A stretch of 63,914 bases of DNA, the filler included, from Candidatus Hydrogenedentota bacterium (lineage in GTDB: Bacteria > JBFMHD01): assembly GCA_040752395.1 (NCBI GenBank). It is 17 parts of 17 records of this genome, joined end to end, with 100 filler letters (N's around TTAATTAATTAA, not from the genome) between each part and the next. Parts side by side here need not be neighbours in the genome. Positions count along the whole stretch, not along the records: positions 1 to 3,006 come from JBFMHD010000282.1; positions 3,107 to 6,052 come from JBFMHD010000283.1; positions 6,153 to 9,080 come from JBFMHD010000284.1; positions 9,181 to 12,107 come from JBFMHD010000285.1; 13 more parts are not named here. The stretch is one strand, 5' to 3'. Below the pieces are notes generated by a model that saw only the letters and a list, made by a program, of their open reading frames with translations, was not told the DNA's origin and did not search any database. The translations under genes were made by a program, and so were the position numbers. This document shows, piece by piece, positions 1-10,591 of this stretch (its first letter is position 1; every line of letters begins with the position of its first letter).

Positions 1-199
1 AAGGATGGATCATAACTCTTAAAACATTAGGTAGTTTACCATCACTTGTGATGAGTTCTCTTCTCTAATGCGATTTATGAGAAAAGTTTTTAAACATTTT
101 TGTATTGTTTTTGCTGAAAAATGGGAGGTGGTTTTGAAAAGTTTTTCCCTAAATCTTAATTTTTATCGGGCTCTTTGCTATTGCTTTCGTTATCACTCT

Positions 200-228
200 T
201 TTTATTTACACAATTTTTCTATTGACAT
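200..228. mobile_element. Possible terminal inverted repeat of an IS (IS256/IS481-like end)
   Basis: Minus strand reads TGTCAATAGAAAAATTGTGTAAATA and supplies the stop codon of the NTase gene. The partner end is not in the fragment. Confidence 0.4.
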
Positions 229-1474
229 CCGGATGTCTGCAAAATAATATCTTGCTCTCCTTAAAATTCCGCCAGTATGAGGTATTTCTACGAAACACAA
301 TACCTCTATATGTAGATGTAAAATTTATCCATTCAAAACTGAACTCTACCCCATCTATCCATCTTCTCTCATATATTCTCCCGGTGTTCTCTGTCACAAT
401 GTACATATCAATATCGCTATCCTGCTTTGCTATATTCAAACCATGTGATCCAAATACCAGTATACCCAATACTTTTTTGTCCTTTGCTATCTCTTTTACC
501 ACTTTTCTAACCACATCATCATGATATTGTAGTGGCTCTTCATAAAATATTTCCCGTGGTTCAATCTCATAACCCGGTGGTAACTCTAAATCATTCTGGC
601 CCAAAACTCGTTCCTGATTTATACCAATACCAAATGCATCCTTCATCGGCTGTACCTCTTCTATTGGCGGTAAATGAATCTCTCTCCATTCACTTCTACC
701 ATTATCATTATATTTCTCAAATATATGTTCTTCCCCTGTCACAATTTTCCATTCATTGGGCGGATACCCGCCAAACGGTGCAACTATATAATCAAATATC
801 TCTCTCAGTTTCCTTTCTTTATTCTCTATATCTGTACTTAACAAAAATTCTTCTGACATATCATACAACTTTTTATCTCTTACCTTCAAATACCCCATCA
901 AATAACTCCATTTCGACAAATACAACTGCATCATCGCATAGTGCGCTGATATAGCATAATCAAAATCCCATGCTAACAAAAATCGTTTTACCATCTCATC
1001 GTTTGCTCTTGTCTTTAATTCGCTTAACATATTCTCTAATTTATGCCGTATAAAGAAATGTGATGAGGTCTTTAATCGAAGTGGGCCTTGTCTCCAGTTT
1101 ATCTCAGCAAGCCTCTTCAATGCAGGCACGAGCGGATTAATATAATCCACGAGTAGTCCAGCCCCGATATTTCTTGTGTAAAAGAAGTCACGGGTTGCAC
1201 ATACCGCATTCACTATCTTATCAAACGGTCGTATATATATCTCTGCTTTAACTCCTTTAACCCGCTTAACCACATTCGACTCAACAAACGGCGGTTTCAT
1301 AAAAACTATTATATCAAGGTCACTTGTTGGTTTCGGTATTTTCTCTACCACACTTCCGAACACCAGTGCCCCCATATACGCTGGATTACCGCTTTTATAC
1401 ACCCGTATTATTTCCTGAAGACTCTCGGAAAACGGTTCTTGTATTACAGTTTTATACATTAAATAATCGTTCAT
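206..1474 (-). CDS. Protein with two nucleotidyltransferase (Pol-beta/MNT-like) domains, C-terminus probably truncated
   Basis: Two motifs, VFGSV...SDLDI and VFGSH...SDIDM. The second domain ends abruptly in an IS-end-like sequence. Confidence 0.75.
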   Translation of the reverse strand: MNDYLMYKTVIQEPFSESLQEIIRVYKSGNPAYMGALVFGSVVEKIPKPTSDLDIIVFMKPPFVESNVVKRVKGVKAEIYIRPFDKIVNAVCATRDFFYTRNIGAGLLVDYINPLVPALKRLAEINWRQGPLRLKTSSHFFIRHKLENMLSELKTRANDEMVKRFLLAWDFDYAISAHYAMMQLYLSKWSYLMGYLKVRDKKLYDMSEEFLLSTDIENKERKLREIFDYIVAPFGGYPPNEWKIVTGEEHIFEKYNDNGRSEWREIHLPPIEEVQPMKDAFGIGINQERVLGQNDLELPPGYEIEPREIFYEEPLQYHDDVVRKVVKEIAKDKKVLGILVFGSHGLNIAKQDSDIDMYIVTENTGRIYERRWIDGVEFSFEWINFTSTYRGIVFRRNTSYWRNFKESKILFCRHPDVNRKIV

Positions 1475-2038
1475 TTACTTGTTATTGATTTTTTCAGCCA
1501 CAGGTTTATTTATGTAATGACTAAGTATTTTGAATAATATCGCGGAAATAAACAGTGATAAAAGAATAAATAAAATGGGTATTAAATCTTCAAAATAATT
1601 AATAAGTATTTTATCGAGTAAAGAATAAATACAGTAAGCAATCGGTATAATAATCCATGAAATCAAAAAAAAATAGACATTCATTCCAACAATTGTTAAT
1701 TTAAAAGATATCTTTAAATCATTTTTTGAAAAAGACTGCAGTAGATTCTGTAAAATATTATTACTTTTCAAATTCTTTTTATATTCTTTATACTCTTTGT
1801 TGTATATAAATTCTTTTTTTATATCATCGATGATTATACGAATGCCAAATATATTTAGTATGGCGAATATAATAATTATTCCCACAAAAATATTAATAAC
1901 TTTTTCCATTCCGAAATCATACAGACCTGATTCTTCTTCAAAATATTTGGAAATAATATTATAAAGAAATAAACAAATCCATAAAGCTAGGGCTATATGA
2001 TTAACCGCCAGTTGGATAAAAGATATTATTAAACGCAT
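1475..2038 (-). CDS. Hypothetical membrane protein (about 4 TM)
   Basis: 187-aa ORF with four hydrophobic stretches, abutting the downstream gene. Confidence 0.6.
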   Translation of the reverse strand: MRLIISFIQLAVNHIALALWICLFLYNIISKYFEEESGLYDFGMEKVINIFVGIIIIFAILNIFGIRIIIDDIKKEFIYNKEYKEYKKNLKSNNILQNLLQSFSKNDLKISFKLTIVGMNVYFFLISWIIIPIAYCIYSLLDKILINYFEDLIPILFILLSLFISAILFKILSHYINKPVAEKINNK

Positions 2039-2053
2039 TGAGTATAACCATTC

Positions 2054-2509
2054 TTAAATATAATCTATATCTAAACCTGTTTCGCTTGTATCATCACCCC
2101 AAAAAAATTTATCTTGGCCTGCACTTACATCATTAAGATCATTTGTCATTTGAGACCATGCGGTTAATGCGGCTACAGCTTGCGTCGCACTCCATATAGC
2201 TCCACCAGCAAATGAAACTACCTGACCTATCCGCACTCTCAGCGCTTCTTTTGTTATTTTGCCATACCATGACATAATTACACCTGTAAGTGCCAAAGCT
2301 TGTCCAAATGTCTCAAGTTTATCTAATTTCTGAAATAATTCAGTCGCTGGCTTACTTAGATATCCTTCATTTGCAGCATTAATACCCCAGTCTGCTAAAT
2401 CATCTGCTAAAACTGGATTTAGAATAATATCCCACGGACCATCTACTCCTTCTACTTTCTTTTGAAACGCTTTTGCAAATGCAATTGCATCATGTACGTT
2501 CTTACTCAT
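2054..2509 (-). CDS. Hypothetical protein
   Basis: ORF from ATG 2509 (MSKNVH...), with an Ala/Gly-rich hydrophobic C-terminal half. Confidence 0.55.
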   Translation of the reverse strand: MSKNVHDAIAFAKAFQKKVEGVDGPWDIILNPVLADDLADWGINAANEGYLSKPATELFQKLDKLETFGQALALTGVIMSWYGKITKEALRVRIGQVVSFAGGAIWSATQAVAALTAWSQMTNDLNDVSAGQDKFFWGDDTSETGLDIDYI

Positions 2510-2895
2510 AAGTATTAACCCCCAATAAATCAATTTTTCTGCAACAAAGTTGCGATTTTATCTTTAACATAGAGAAAAATTCTCTATGGAAATTGAGTTT
2601 AAAAAATTTATTGAAAAATGCATCACAAATTCTTTTGTCAGTAATTGGGGTAAATTTGATTTGATTTGATCTGCAAGCACTGTGCCAGGTTTTTCAAAAA
2701 AAATATAAATTCCATAAAATTTTTTCTTATCTGTTATTATATAAATTTTAACTTTTTCCCGTTTTCTGTCAAATCTTTTTTACTTTTTTCACATGTTCTG
2801 AGAGATTACTTTTAAAACAAAGTGGTCTGGTCTGTTTCAGGAATGGTTTTTGTATTTGAAATACTTAAACGAGGGCTTTGTAAATATTTTCTGAA

Positions 2896-2960
2896 ATTGA
2901 AAAATTATCTTGTCAAAACTTGCGGGTGGCTGTATACTTTGCTGTGTATTAAGCATTGTA
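2896..2960 (+). promoter_or_regulatory. Repeated sigma70-like promoter cassette, copy 1
   Basis: TTGTCA-17nt-TATACT within ATTGAAAAATTATCTTG...CGGGTGGCTGTATACTTTG...TTAAGCATTG. Near-identical to 26766-26830. Confidence 0.6.
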
Positions 2961-3107
2961 CATTCCTCCGTATAGTAAGATTATTAAATTATAATCAATA
3001 TTATCCNNNNNNNNNNNNNNNNNNNNNNNNNNNNNNNNNNNNNNNNNNNNTTAATTAATTAANNNNNNNNNNNNNNNNNNNNNNNNNNNNNNNNNNNNNN
3101 NNNNNNC

Positions 3108-3577
3108 TCTTAAGCAAAACTTTAATCTGACTAATGACCAAATCTATTGGCGCCGAGAAACTATTGACAATAAATGTCAAGCATACAATCAACACCATGC
3201 AAACCATAGCAAGAATCGTTGACTTATATCCCCCGCACCAGCAGGCTCAGGTGAGAATACAGATTTCAGAGACTTTAAAGGGAGTCCTATCGCAGAGGCT
3301 CATTCCCTGCACAAAAGGCGGACGGGTTCCTGCAGTTGAAGTGATGATGATTACCCCGCACATCAAAAAGATGATAATGGAAAACAACATGGAAGCCATA
3401 AATCAGGCAATTGCAAAGGGCTCCTTTTATGGAATGCAGACTTTTAATCAATCCCTGGTTAAACTTTACAAGAGCCAGATAGCAAAATTAGATGATGTAA
3501 TTGCAGCTGCTTCCAATCCTGATGATGTGCTTTTAGCCATAAAGGGAATTGAACAGGAAATAGAAACCAAAAAATAG
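3108..3577 (+). CDS. PilT/PilU family type IV pilus ATPase, C-terminal part
   Basis: HTIN...QTIARIVDLYP...SQRLIP...GRVPAVEVM...GMQTFNQSL; 5' end lost at the contig edge. Confidence 0.85.
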
Positions 3578-3637
3578 AGAGTAGAAAATAGAAGATATGT
3601 AGAAACAGGCATTTATGCCTGTTAGAATATTAACAGA

Positions 3638-5191
3638 CCTAAACCTGAAAAATGCGTGAAAAACGCATTTTTCAATATATAATTTTACTAATTTTATGAA
3701 TGAAAAAACATATAATATTTATATAAAATCCTTTATTTCACAAACCTCACTTTTAGTTAGGTTAATGAAACATGCCCAAAGGTATCAAAAATATTCAGTT
3801 TTCATTTACAAAAAACAACTTAACCCATTATGGTGGACTATTTCTAATTTACAAATTTTGCAAAAAATTAAATCTCAGGTGGTATTTTCAAAACTATGTG
3901 AAATTTCACCAGAGAAACCAAGACTATCAAACAGCAGAGTTTATTTTAATTTTAATATACATGATAATTGCTGGTATAGGACGAATAGAAAATGCGAGAC
4001 ATCTTGGATACAATGGAGTAATCAAAAAGATTCTTGGTATAAAGAGTTTTCCAGAACCTACAGTAATAAGACGTTTTCTATATCGTCTTACGCCGCAAGC
4101 AATTCGTCAAATAGTCAAGGTGCACAATTTAATTCAATGGAAAATATTTCGTATTGGACATGTTAAAACAAGTATAACGATTGATATAGATGGAACTGTT
4201 CTGATAGTTTATGGTAAACAAGGAAGAACCAAAAGAGGATTTTGTCCTAAGAGAAAAGGAGCAAGAAGTTATATGGCGATGTTGTGTTTTGAGTCGGACA
4301 GAGAATTCTGGTATGGGAGTTTAATGTCAGGAAATATTTCACAGACAAGAGTGGCACCGCATATTATTAAGAAATGTCTTGATAAGTTGCCATATCCAAT
4401 TTACAGGATTCGTATTCGTGGGGATGCCATTTTTTATAGTCATTCTTTTATAGAAGAATATCTGGAAAGAGAAAATATTTTATATACCATAGAAGCAAAC
4501 ACAGAAGGGAGTGAGATGCAAAGTAAAATGCAAAAAGCGGAATATAGTTCTTATAAAGAAGATTGGGAGATAGGAGAATTTAGTTATCAACCAACAAGAT
4601 GGAAAAAGCCACATAGATTTATAGTTCAAAGGAGGCCGATACCAGAAGATCCTGATGAGAGAGCACAGTTAAAACTATTTGAGATGAAAGATTATGGATA
4701 TCGCGTGGTAGTAACCAATCTGATGAAAGTTAAGCCCAGACATGTGTGGAATTTTCATTCAAAAAGAGCGCAGGGTGCTGAACAAAATATTAAGGAATTG
4801 AAAATGAATTATCCATTAGCAAAAATTCCTACAAAATATTACATAGCAAACATAGCATATTTTCAAATACTTTTGTTTGCATTTAATATTATCAATTGGT
4901 TTAAGTGGATATGTTTACCGGAAGAATATCATTACAAAACTTTACAAACATTAAGGGAGCGATTGATAGTGATACCAGCAGAATTAACCAGACCTGGTAA
5001 TAAAAACAAATTAGAATTTCCTGCTGGTTATCCATATATAAATTTATTTAATCAAGCAATGAAAAATATTAACAAAATGAAGCAAATATAGAAAATTTAA
5101 AAATTTGCGAAGATTTTTAAATTTTCAAAAAGCATTTTACGAGGAGAAATTAAAGAAAAAATGCGTTTTTCACGCATTTTTCAGGTTCAGG
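3638..5191 (+). mobile_element. IS1380-family insertion sequence
   Basis: 35-bp terminal IRs with 1 mismatch (3638-3672 and 5157-5191) starting CCT, enclosing one transposase ORF. Confidence 0.88.
3772..5091 (+). CDS. IS1380-family DDE transposase
   Basis: LTHYGGL, IDIDGT, RGDAIF and R...EQNIKELK motifs. Confidence 0.9.
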   Translation: MPKGIKNIQFSFTKNNLTHYGGLFLIYKFCKKLNLRWYFQNYVKFHQRNQDYQTAEFILILIYMIIAGIGRIENARHLGYNGVIKKILGIKSFPEPTVIRRFLYRLTPQAIRQIVKVHNLIQWKIFRIGHVKTSITIDIDGTVLIVYGKQGRTKRGFCPKRKGARSYMAMLCFESDREFWYGSLMSGNISQTRVAPHIIKKCLDKLPYPIYRIRIRGDAIFYSHSFIEEYLERENILYTIEANTEGSEMQSKMQKAEYSSYKEDWEIGEFSYQPTRWKKPHRFIVQRRPIPEDPDERAQLKLFEMKDYGYRVVVTNLMKVKPRHVWNFHSKRAQGAEQNIKELKMNYPLAKIPTKYYIANIAYFQILLFAFNIINWFKWICLPEEYHYKTLQTLRERLIVIPAELTRPGNKNKLEFPAGYPYINLFNQAMKNINKMKQI

Positions 5192-5206
5192 TCTGTTAAA
5201 AGGAAA

Positions 5207-5740
5207 ATGAATCCTGATAATTTTATGAAATTTTTTAAATCTAACAAAAAAGGATATACCATCACAGAACTCATGATAGCGGTAACCATCATAGGAGTAA
5301 TAATTCTTGCTGCGCCGCAGATATTTACCGGTATATACAGATTTACCAGACTTGCAACAGCAAGGGCTGAAATACAGAAAAATGCAAGGAGTACCATTTC
5401 AAATATAAACCGTGCATTAAGACAGGCACAGGCCGGCACAATTACTGTTGACCAGGTCTCGGGTCAGCCACCCCATTCAAGAATAACTTTTACAAGATAC
5501 AAACCGGACGGCTCAACTCAAGTAGTCTCTTATTATCAGCAGGGGAAAAGTCTTTACATGAGTGTGGACGGCGCTACCGGACAAAAAATACAAGACTACC
5601 TAAGATATATAGCTTTTACTTATCCGGAGACGGATAATGATACAATAATTTCCATTTCAGTAACTTTTGAGAAAGAAACTTATGAAGGCGGGACCAAAGC
5701 CTTGCAGATGGCAGTTGAAAAAGTCCGCATTATGAACTGA
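5207..5740 (+). CDS. Prepilin-type N-terminal cleavage/methylation protein (PilW-like)
   Basis: KKG|YTITELMIAVTIIG class III signal. The ORF-track start at 5105 lies inside the IS. Confidence 0.85.
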   Translation: MNPDNFMKFFKSNKKGYTITELMIAVTIIGVIILAAPQIFTGIYRFTRLATARAEIQKNARSTISNINRALRQAQAGTITVDQVSGQPPHSRITFTRYKPDGSTQVVSYYQQGKSLYMSVDGATGQKIQDYLRYIAFTYPETDNDTIISISVTFEKETYEGGTKALQMAVEKVRIMN

Positions 5741-5746
5741 AAATTT

Positions 5747-6052
5747 ATGAAAAAAACAAATTTTCTCTTATCCCTTATCCCTTATCCCTTATCCCTTAAT
5801 AAGGGACAGATGGCAATAATGCTGGTTTTAACCAGTCTCCTTTTTATTCTGATAATGATTCCTGTAATAGAAACTTATGTTAAAAACGAGGCTAAATGGT
5901 CCGTAGCAGAGAGGAAAAAGACAACAGCGTTTCATCTGGCAGAGGCAGGAATAGACCGCGCCATGTGGCAGTTGCGGGAGGACTCTGCTAATTACGACAG
6001 GATACTTTTGGGACAGGCGCTGACCGGCTATAATAATGATAAAAATTATACT
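5747..6052 (+). CDS. PilX-like minor pilin, partial
   Basis: NKG|QMAIMLVL...AFHLAEAGIDRA motif; runs into the gap. Confidence 0.8.
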
Positions 6053-6291
6053 NNNNNNNNNNNNNNNNNNNNNNNNNNNNNNNNNNNNNNNNNNNNTTAA
6101 TTAATTAANNNNNNNNNNNNNNNNNNNNNNNNNNNNNNNNNNNNNNNNNNNNGGGATGCGATCCGCGAGCTGAGCGCGGGCGCGTGAGGCGGTGCGGCCC
6201 CGCGGGGGGTGCAGGGCATAGGCGTTAACCTAAGATCCAGTTCTTCAGAAGGGTGGTGAGACGCACGGGGGGGTTACAGCAGGATTAGTCT

Positions 6292-7674
6292 ATGAGAAGA
6301 ATAAATATCATATTCTGGCTAATCTATATTTTGATAATTATTTTATTTTTAGGTTTTGGAATACAAGCTTTTGAAAAAATGAATTTAACATTGATTACAA
6401 TATTTCTTGCCTCTCTTTGTTCTTTGATTACATTTTTTGAATATGAATGGGGGATATATCTTTTAATTGTTTCTATGTTATTTTCACCTGAGATCCTTAT
6501 TGCCCAGCTTCCCAAAAGAGATGTCGTTTTAAGAATAGATGATATACTTATTCTTGTTATTACATTAACATGGCTTGCGAGAGTCGCGATTATGAAAAAT
6601 TTACAATATTTAGTCTTTACGCCAGTACACAGGCCTTTTTTTATTTTTATAGCCGCATCTTTATTTTCTACTGCTTTTGGAATTTTAAATGGTTATATTG
6701 ACTCGGCTACACGTGGTTTTCTTTATGTTGTGAAATTTTTCGAATTTTTTATGATATTTTTTTTAACAGTCAACGTTATAAATAGTGACAGAGTTTTAAT
6801 TAGAGCTTTAAATTTTTATTTTATCACATTCACCGGTATTATTCTCTATGTTGTTATCTCTCAACCTTTTATGGAATTAGGTATAAGGGTTACAGCACCG
6901 TTTGAAGGTAAGGTCGGTGAACCTAATACTTTAGGAGGCTATCTGGCTTTTTCGTTTATAATACTACTTTCTATTGCACTTAAAAACAGAAATTATTTTA
7001 TCAGATATTTATTAATGACTATAACCTTTCTCTCCTTGATACCGTTTTTGAATACTCTTTCAAGAGGGTCATATATAGCAATCGCAATATCATTATTTGC
7101 TCTTTTTTTTATGACTGATAGAAAAATTAGTTTGCTTGTATTTATAGTAATTGCAACCATAGTTTTTTCTAATTATTCGGTTATGGCTGAAAAAGTGATT
7201 AATAGAATTAAAGAAACATTTATTATATCACCTGATGGTGAATATACAAGATTAATATTAGATGAATCAACCCGGGCAAGATTAAATAGCTATGTTGACG
7301 CAGTAAAACTATGGAGAGCAACACCTTTTTTGGGTCGAGGTATTACAGGTGCAATCTTTATTGACGGTTATTTTGTAAGAGTGCTGGTTGAAGCCGGGGT
7401 TGTTGGGTTATTTAGTATAGTATATACTTTATACTCTGTTTTTAGAGTTGCAAGAAATTTAGTTAAGAATATCGAACTCAATGATTTGCAAATAGGTTTA
7501 GTACAGGGCTTTATCGCCGGCTTTTTAGGACTCATAGGACACTCGGCCGGCGCCAATACTTTCCTTATTGTTAGAATATCTGGTTCTTTCTGGATAATGG
7601 CCGGGATGATAGGCTATTTGTATTTAAAACATTTTTATGAACAAAAGAATATTACACATCATTACACGGCTTGA
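6292..7674 (+). CDS. O-antigen ligase/Wzy family membrane protein
   Basis: Multi-TM; R...PF...EPNTLGGYL, TLSRGSY, PFLGRG motifs. Confidence 0.85.
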   Translation: MRRINIIFWLIYILIIILFLGFGIQAFEKMNLTLITIFLASLCSLITFFEYEWGIYLLIVSMLFSPEILIAQLPKRDVVLRIDDILILVITLTWLARVAIMKNLQYLVFTPVHRPFFIFIAASLFSTAFGILNGYIDSATRGFLYVVKFFEFFMIFFLTVNVINSDRVLIRALNFYFITFTGIILYVVISQPFMELGIRVTAPFEGKVGEPNTLGGYLAFSFIILLSIALKNRNYFIRYLLMTITFLSLIPFLNTLSRGSYIAIAISLFALFFMTDRKISLLVFIVIATIVFSNYSVMAEKVINRIKETFIISPDGEYTRLILDESTRARLNSYVDAVKLWRATPFLGRGITGAIFIDGYFVRVLVEAGVVGLFSIVYTLYSVFRVARNLVKNIELNDLQIGLVQGFIAGFLGLIGHSAGANTFLIVRISGSFWIMAGMIGYLYLKHFYEQKNITHHYTA

Positions 7675-8728
7675 TAAAGGTGGTTCAAGCGATGTATTCT
7701 GCGAATGGATCATTGAACTTAAAAAGAGAGCAATTGATCTCATTGTTTGTTTCGGGTTAGGTGTAAATACTGATCAGAATTTAGTTGGTCTTCTTAATAG
7801 TGAGAATATACCAGTATATATAAATAAATACCTTCAGAGAGAAGTTTCTATTATTAAAGACACTCTGGCTTTATTATATTTTATCAAACTTTATTATAAA
7901 TTAAAACCAGATATTATTCATTTACATACGTCAAAAGCAGGTTTCCTGGGTAGAATCGCATCTCTATTTTATTTTAACAATAAAAAGGTAATCATCTATA
8001 CTCCCCATGGCCACATTTTCCACGAATATTTCTCTAAATTCTGGGTGCGGGTATTTCAAATAGCTGAAGAAATCGGGACTTTATTCACTGATTTTATAAC
8101 TTTTCTCACACAGGATGAAAAAGAAGCGTTTAATAGAATGGGTATAAATATTAAAAGAGAAGTTATACTACCCTGTGGTATTAAAATAGAAAAAGTAACT
8201 AATCCAAGAATAAGAGAGATTAGAAACATCGGTTATGTCGGTCGGCTTGAATACATCAAAGGGCCGGATTTATTTGTTGAATCAGCTAAAAGGCTTACTA
8301 AAGAAAAAAACATTGAGTTTTATGTTTTTGGTGAAGGTGGGATGTATGAAAAACTATTAAAAATAGCTGAAAATAATCCTAAAATCCATTTTAGAAATTT
8401 TGAGACCTTTGACAATCTCTTTTCATTAATAGATTTACTTGTAGTACCCTCGAGAAATGAAGGTTTGGGCAGAGTGATACTTTATGCCGGGTTATGTGGA
8501 TTACCTGTTCTTGGCAGTTCAGCAGGTGGTATCCCTGAGGTGTTGGATTTTGGTAGAGGAGGATTTATCTTTGAATCAAGTAATGTTGATGATATGGTAA
8601 ATAGAATATTATACGTTATCTCTCATCCTGATGAAGCATACTTAAAATCATTAAAACTTCAGCAGAGGGTGATTAACGAATACAACCTTAATAAAACGAT
8701 TAATATTTTATGTAAAATCTACTCTTGA
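7637..8728 (+). CDS. Glycosyltransferase family 4
   Basis: HLHTSKAGFLGR, YTPHG, VGRL, PSRNEGLG motifs. Confidence 0.9.
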   Translation: MNKRILHIITRLDKGGSSDVFCEWIIELKKRAIDLIVCFGLGVNTDQNLVGLLNSENIPVYINKYLQREVSIIKDTLALLYFIKLYYKLKPDIIHLHTSKAGFLGRIASLFYFNNKKVIIYTPHGHIFHEYFSKFWVRVFQIAEEIGTLFTDFITFLTQDEKEAFNRMGINIKREVILPCGIKIEKVTNPRIREIRNIGYVGRLEYIKGPDLFVESAKRLTKEKNIEFYVFGEGGMYEKLLKIAENNPKIHFRNFETFDNLFSLIDLLVVPSRNEGLGRVILYAGLCGLPVLGSSAGGIPEVLDFGRGGFIFESSNVDDMVNRILYVISHPDEAYLKSLKLQQRVINEYNLNKTINILCKIYS

Positions 8729-8766
8729 CAGATTATAATAATATGATTTAGTAATCAGTTATAGTT

Positions 8767-9052
8767 AGAAGCAAGAGGCAAGATAATTGGGTTATTGCGT
8801 TTTTGCGCTCTACACAACGTATGAAAAACTGAAGATGATATGAAAAGAGTCACAAGTCGCAAGTCGTGAGTCAAAACAGGACTCAAGACTCAAGACTCAA
8901 GACTCAAGACTTTTCAGCAGGCTTTTGGCTTTTGGCTCCAGCCGGCTGTAGTCCGTAGCCTGTAGCCTGTCCTGACACCTCTCACTTCTTCCGTTATCTT
9001 GCTTCTTGCTTCTACTTGATATTATTATAGTTACAACGTTTTTCAGAGGAGG
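8767..9052 (+). repeat. Modular heptamer-hairpin/SD leader element, copy 1 (long form)
   Basis: GAGTCGT/GACTCAA arms, GGCTTTT/GTAGCCT arms, CTTGCTT array, ending TTTTTCAGAGGAGG before a possible GTG at 9056. Confidence 0.95.
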
Positions 9053-9180
9053 CAAGTGAATCTTGAGTCTAATTTATACANNNNNNNNNNNNNNNNNNNN
9101 NNNNNNNNNNNNNNNNNNNNNNNNTTAATTAATTAANNNNNNNNNNNNNNNNNNNNNNNNNNNNNNNNNNNNNNNNNNNN

Positions 9181-9339
9181 GCCGGGCCAGAAAGTTAAAA
9201 CCGAGGCTACTGGAGGCTCTATATCAGGGAACATATCTATGGGTAATTTTGTCAAAGAGACAATACCTAGCAGACAGATACCTAAGAAAAGCATTATTAT
9301 TGTCACGGGCTGGCTTACTGCAAACTCAGGTATCCTCAT
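9181..9339 (-). CDS. RND efflux permease (AcrB family), N-terminal fragment
   Basis: MRIPEFAVSQPVTIIML...LPIDMFPDIEPP; follows the membrane fusion protein gene. Confidence 0.85.
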
Positions 9340-9342
9340 CAA

Positions 9343-10518
9343 TTATAACCCCTTTACAATCTGAACCCGGGTTCCATCCTGGCGTATCCTGTTCTGACCC
9401 TTGATGATTACAACATCTCCTCTGTTTATCCCTTCTCGTACCTCAATCAGGTTCTCCTCTTGTATCCCCGTTTCTATATTTCTTAAAAAGGCTTTATTCT
9501 CAATTACCGTATAAATATAATATGTTCCTGTACCTGGCATTTTATTAAGCGCTTCGACGGGTATAACAAGAGCACTCTTTTCCCCCAAAAAAAGGTTTAT
9601 ATGTACAAACATCCCCGAACACAATCTGAAATTTTTATTAAGAATAATTATCTCTATTTTACCTGTTCTTGTGGCAGGATCAATCGTTGGAGAGATTATG
9701 GATATCTCCCCATTTATCCCTTTTTCCAGGTTGAATGCATCAGGTATTATCTCAGCTTTCATCTCTTTTTTCAAGTAAGGAAAATATCTCTCTGATACCC
9801 CGGTAATAACCTTTAATTTCTCTTCATTATTGATTCTCACCACAGGCTGGGCGATATTTGAGAGACTCCCTTTATCTATGAATCGTTCTGAGACAATACC
9901 TGAGATCGGGGCATATATTCTATGATACCGATCCAGAATCTCTACCTGATTAAGAGCTAATCCAGCTCGATTTATCTCTGATTCAGCCAGCTCTTTTGCT
10001 GCCATGGCAGCTTTGTATTCTGCCTCAATGTGGTCAAGCTTCTGGCGGCTAATTGCCTTATTTTTAAAAAGGTTCTCAAACCTCAGTTTATCTTTCTGGA
10101 TAGACTCAAGTTTTGCCTCAATTTCTTTCATCCTTGCTTTCGCAGAACAGAGTGTAGCCCGGGCTTCGTTTAGAGATGTTCTCACTGTCTCGTCTTCAAG
10201 TATAGCAATCGTATCACCCTGGCAGACCCTCTCCCCTTTCTCAATAAGAATATCTTTTATTATTTTATTGGGTACACGTGGATAGATATCAACAACTTCG
10301 TATGGTATTAAATCTCCGGTTAGTTCGAGTACCTGGTTAAGTCTCTGATATTCAGCTTTTACCACCTCGACTGGTATAATATCGATCTCCTCTATTATTT
10401 CAACTTTTTTATGTTTAAATTTTATATAATTTGATACTGTGTACCATGTGAAACCCACTATAACAATTAAAATAACTATATATATTAATCCTGATGTTAA
10501 TTTTTTAGAGTCTTGCAT
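9343..10518 (-). CDS. RND efflux periplasmic adaptor (membrane fusion protein)
   Basis: N-terminal TM, lipoyl half-motifs, IYAPISG, IDPATRT. Confidence 0.9.
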   Translation of the reverse strand: MQDSKKLTSGLIYIVILIVIVGFTWYTVSNYIKFKHKKVEIIEEIDIIPVEVVKAEYQRLNQVLELTGDLIPYEVVDIYPRVPNKIIKDILIEKGERVCQGDTIAILEDETVRTSLNEARATLCSAKARMKEIEAKLESIQKDKLRFENLFKNKAISRQKLDHIEAEYKAAMAAKELAESEINRAGLALNQVEILDRYHRIYAPISGIVSERFIDKGSLSNIAQPVVRINNEEKLKVITGVSERYFPYLKKEMKAEIIPDAFNLEKGINGEISIISPTIDPATRTGKIEIIILNKNFRLCSGMFVHINLFLGEKSALVIPVEALNKMPGTGTYYIYTVIENKAFLRNIETGIQEENLIEVREGINRGDVVIIKGQNRIRQDGTRVQIVKGL

Positions 10519-10591
10519 TATACTAAAACCTCCCCAAAAAAGTTGATAAGTTCAAGAGTATCGCGGTTATAAAGTGTATGGTATAGAATAC

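Noticed and set aside
3696-4166. 156-aa ORF overlapping the transposase
   Set aside because: Alternative-frame shadow with no motif.
8850-9000. Leader element as a CRISPR array
   Set aside because: Units are 7-8 nt tandem repeats with no unique spacers, and no cas genes are present.
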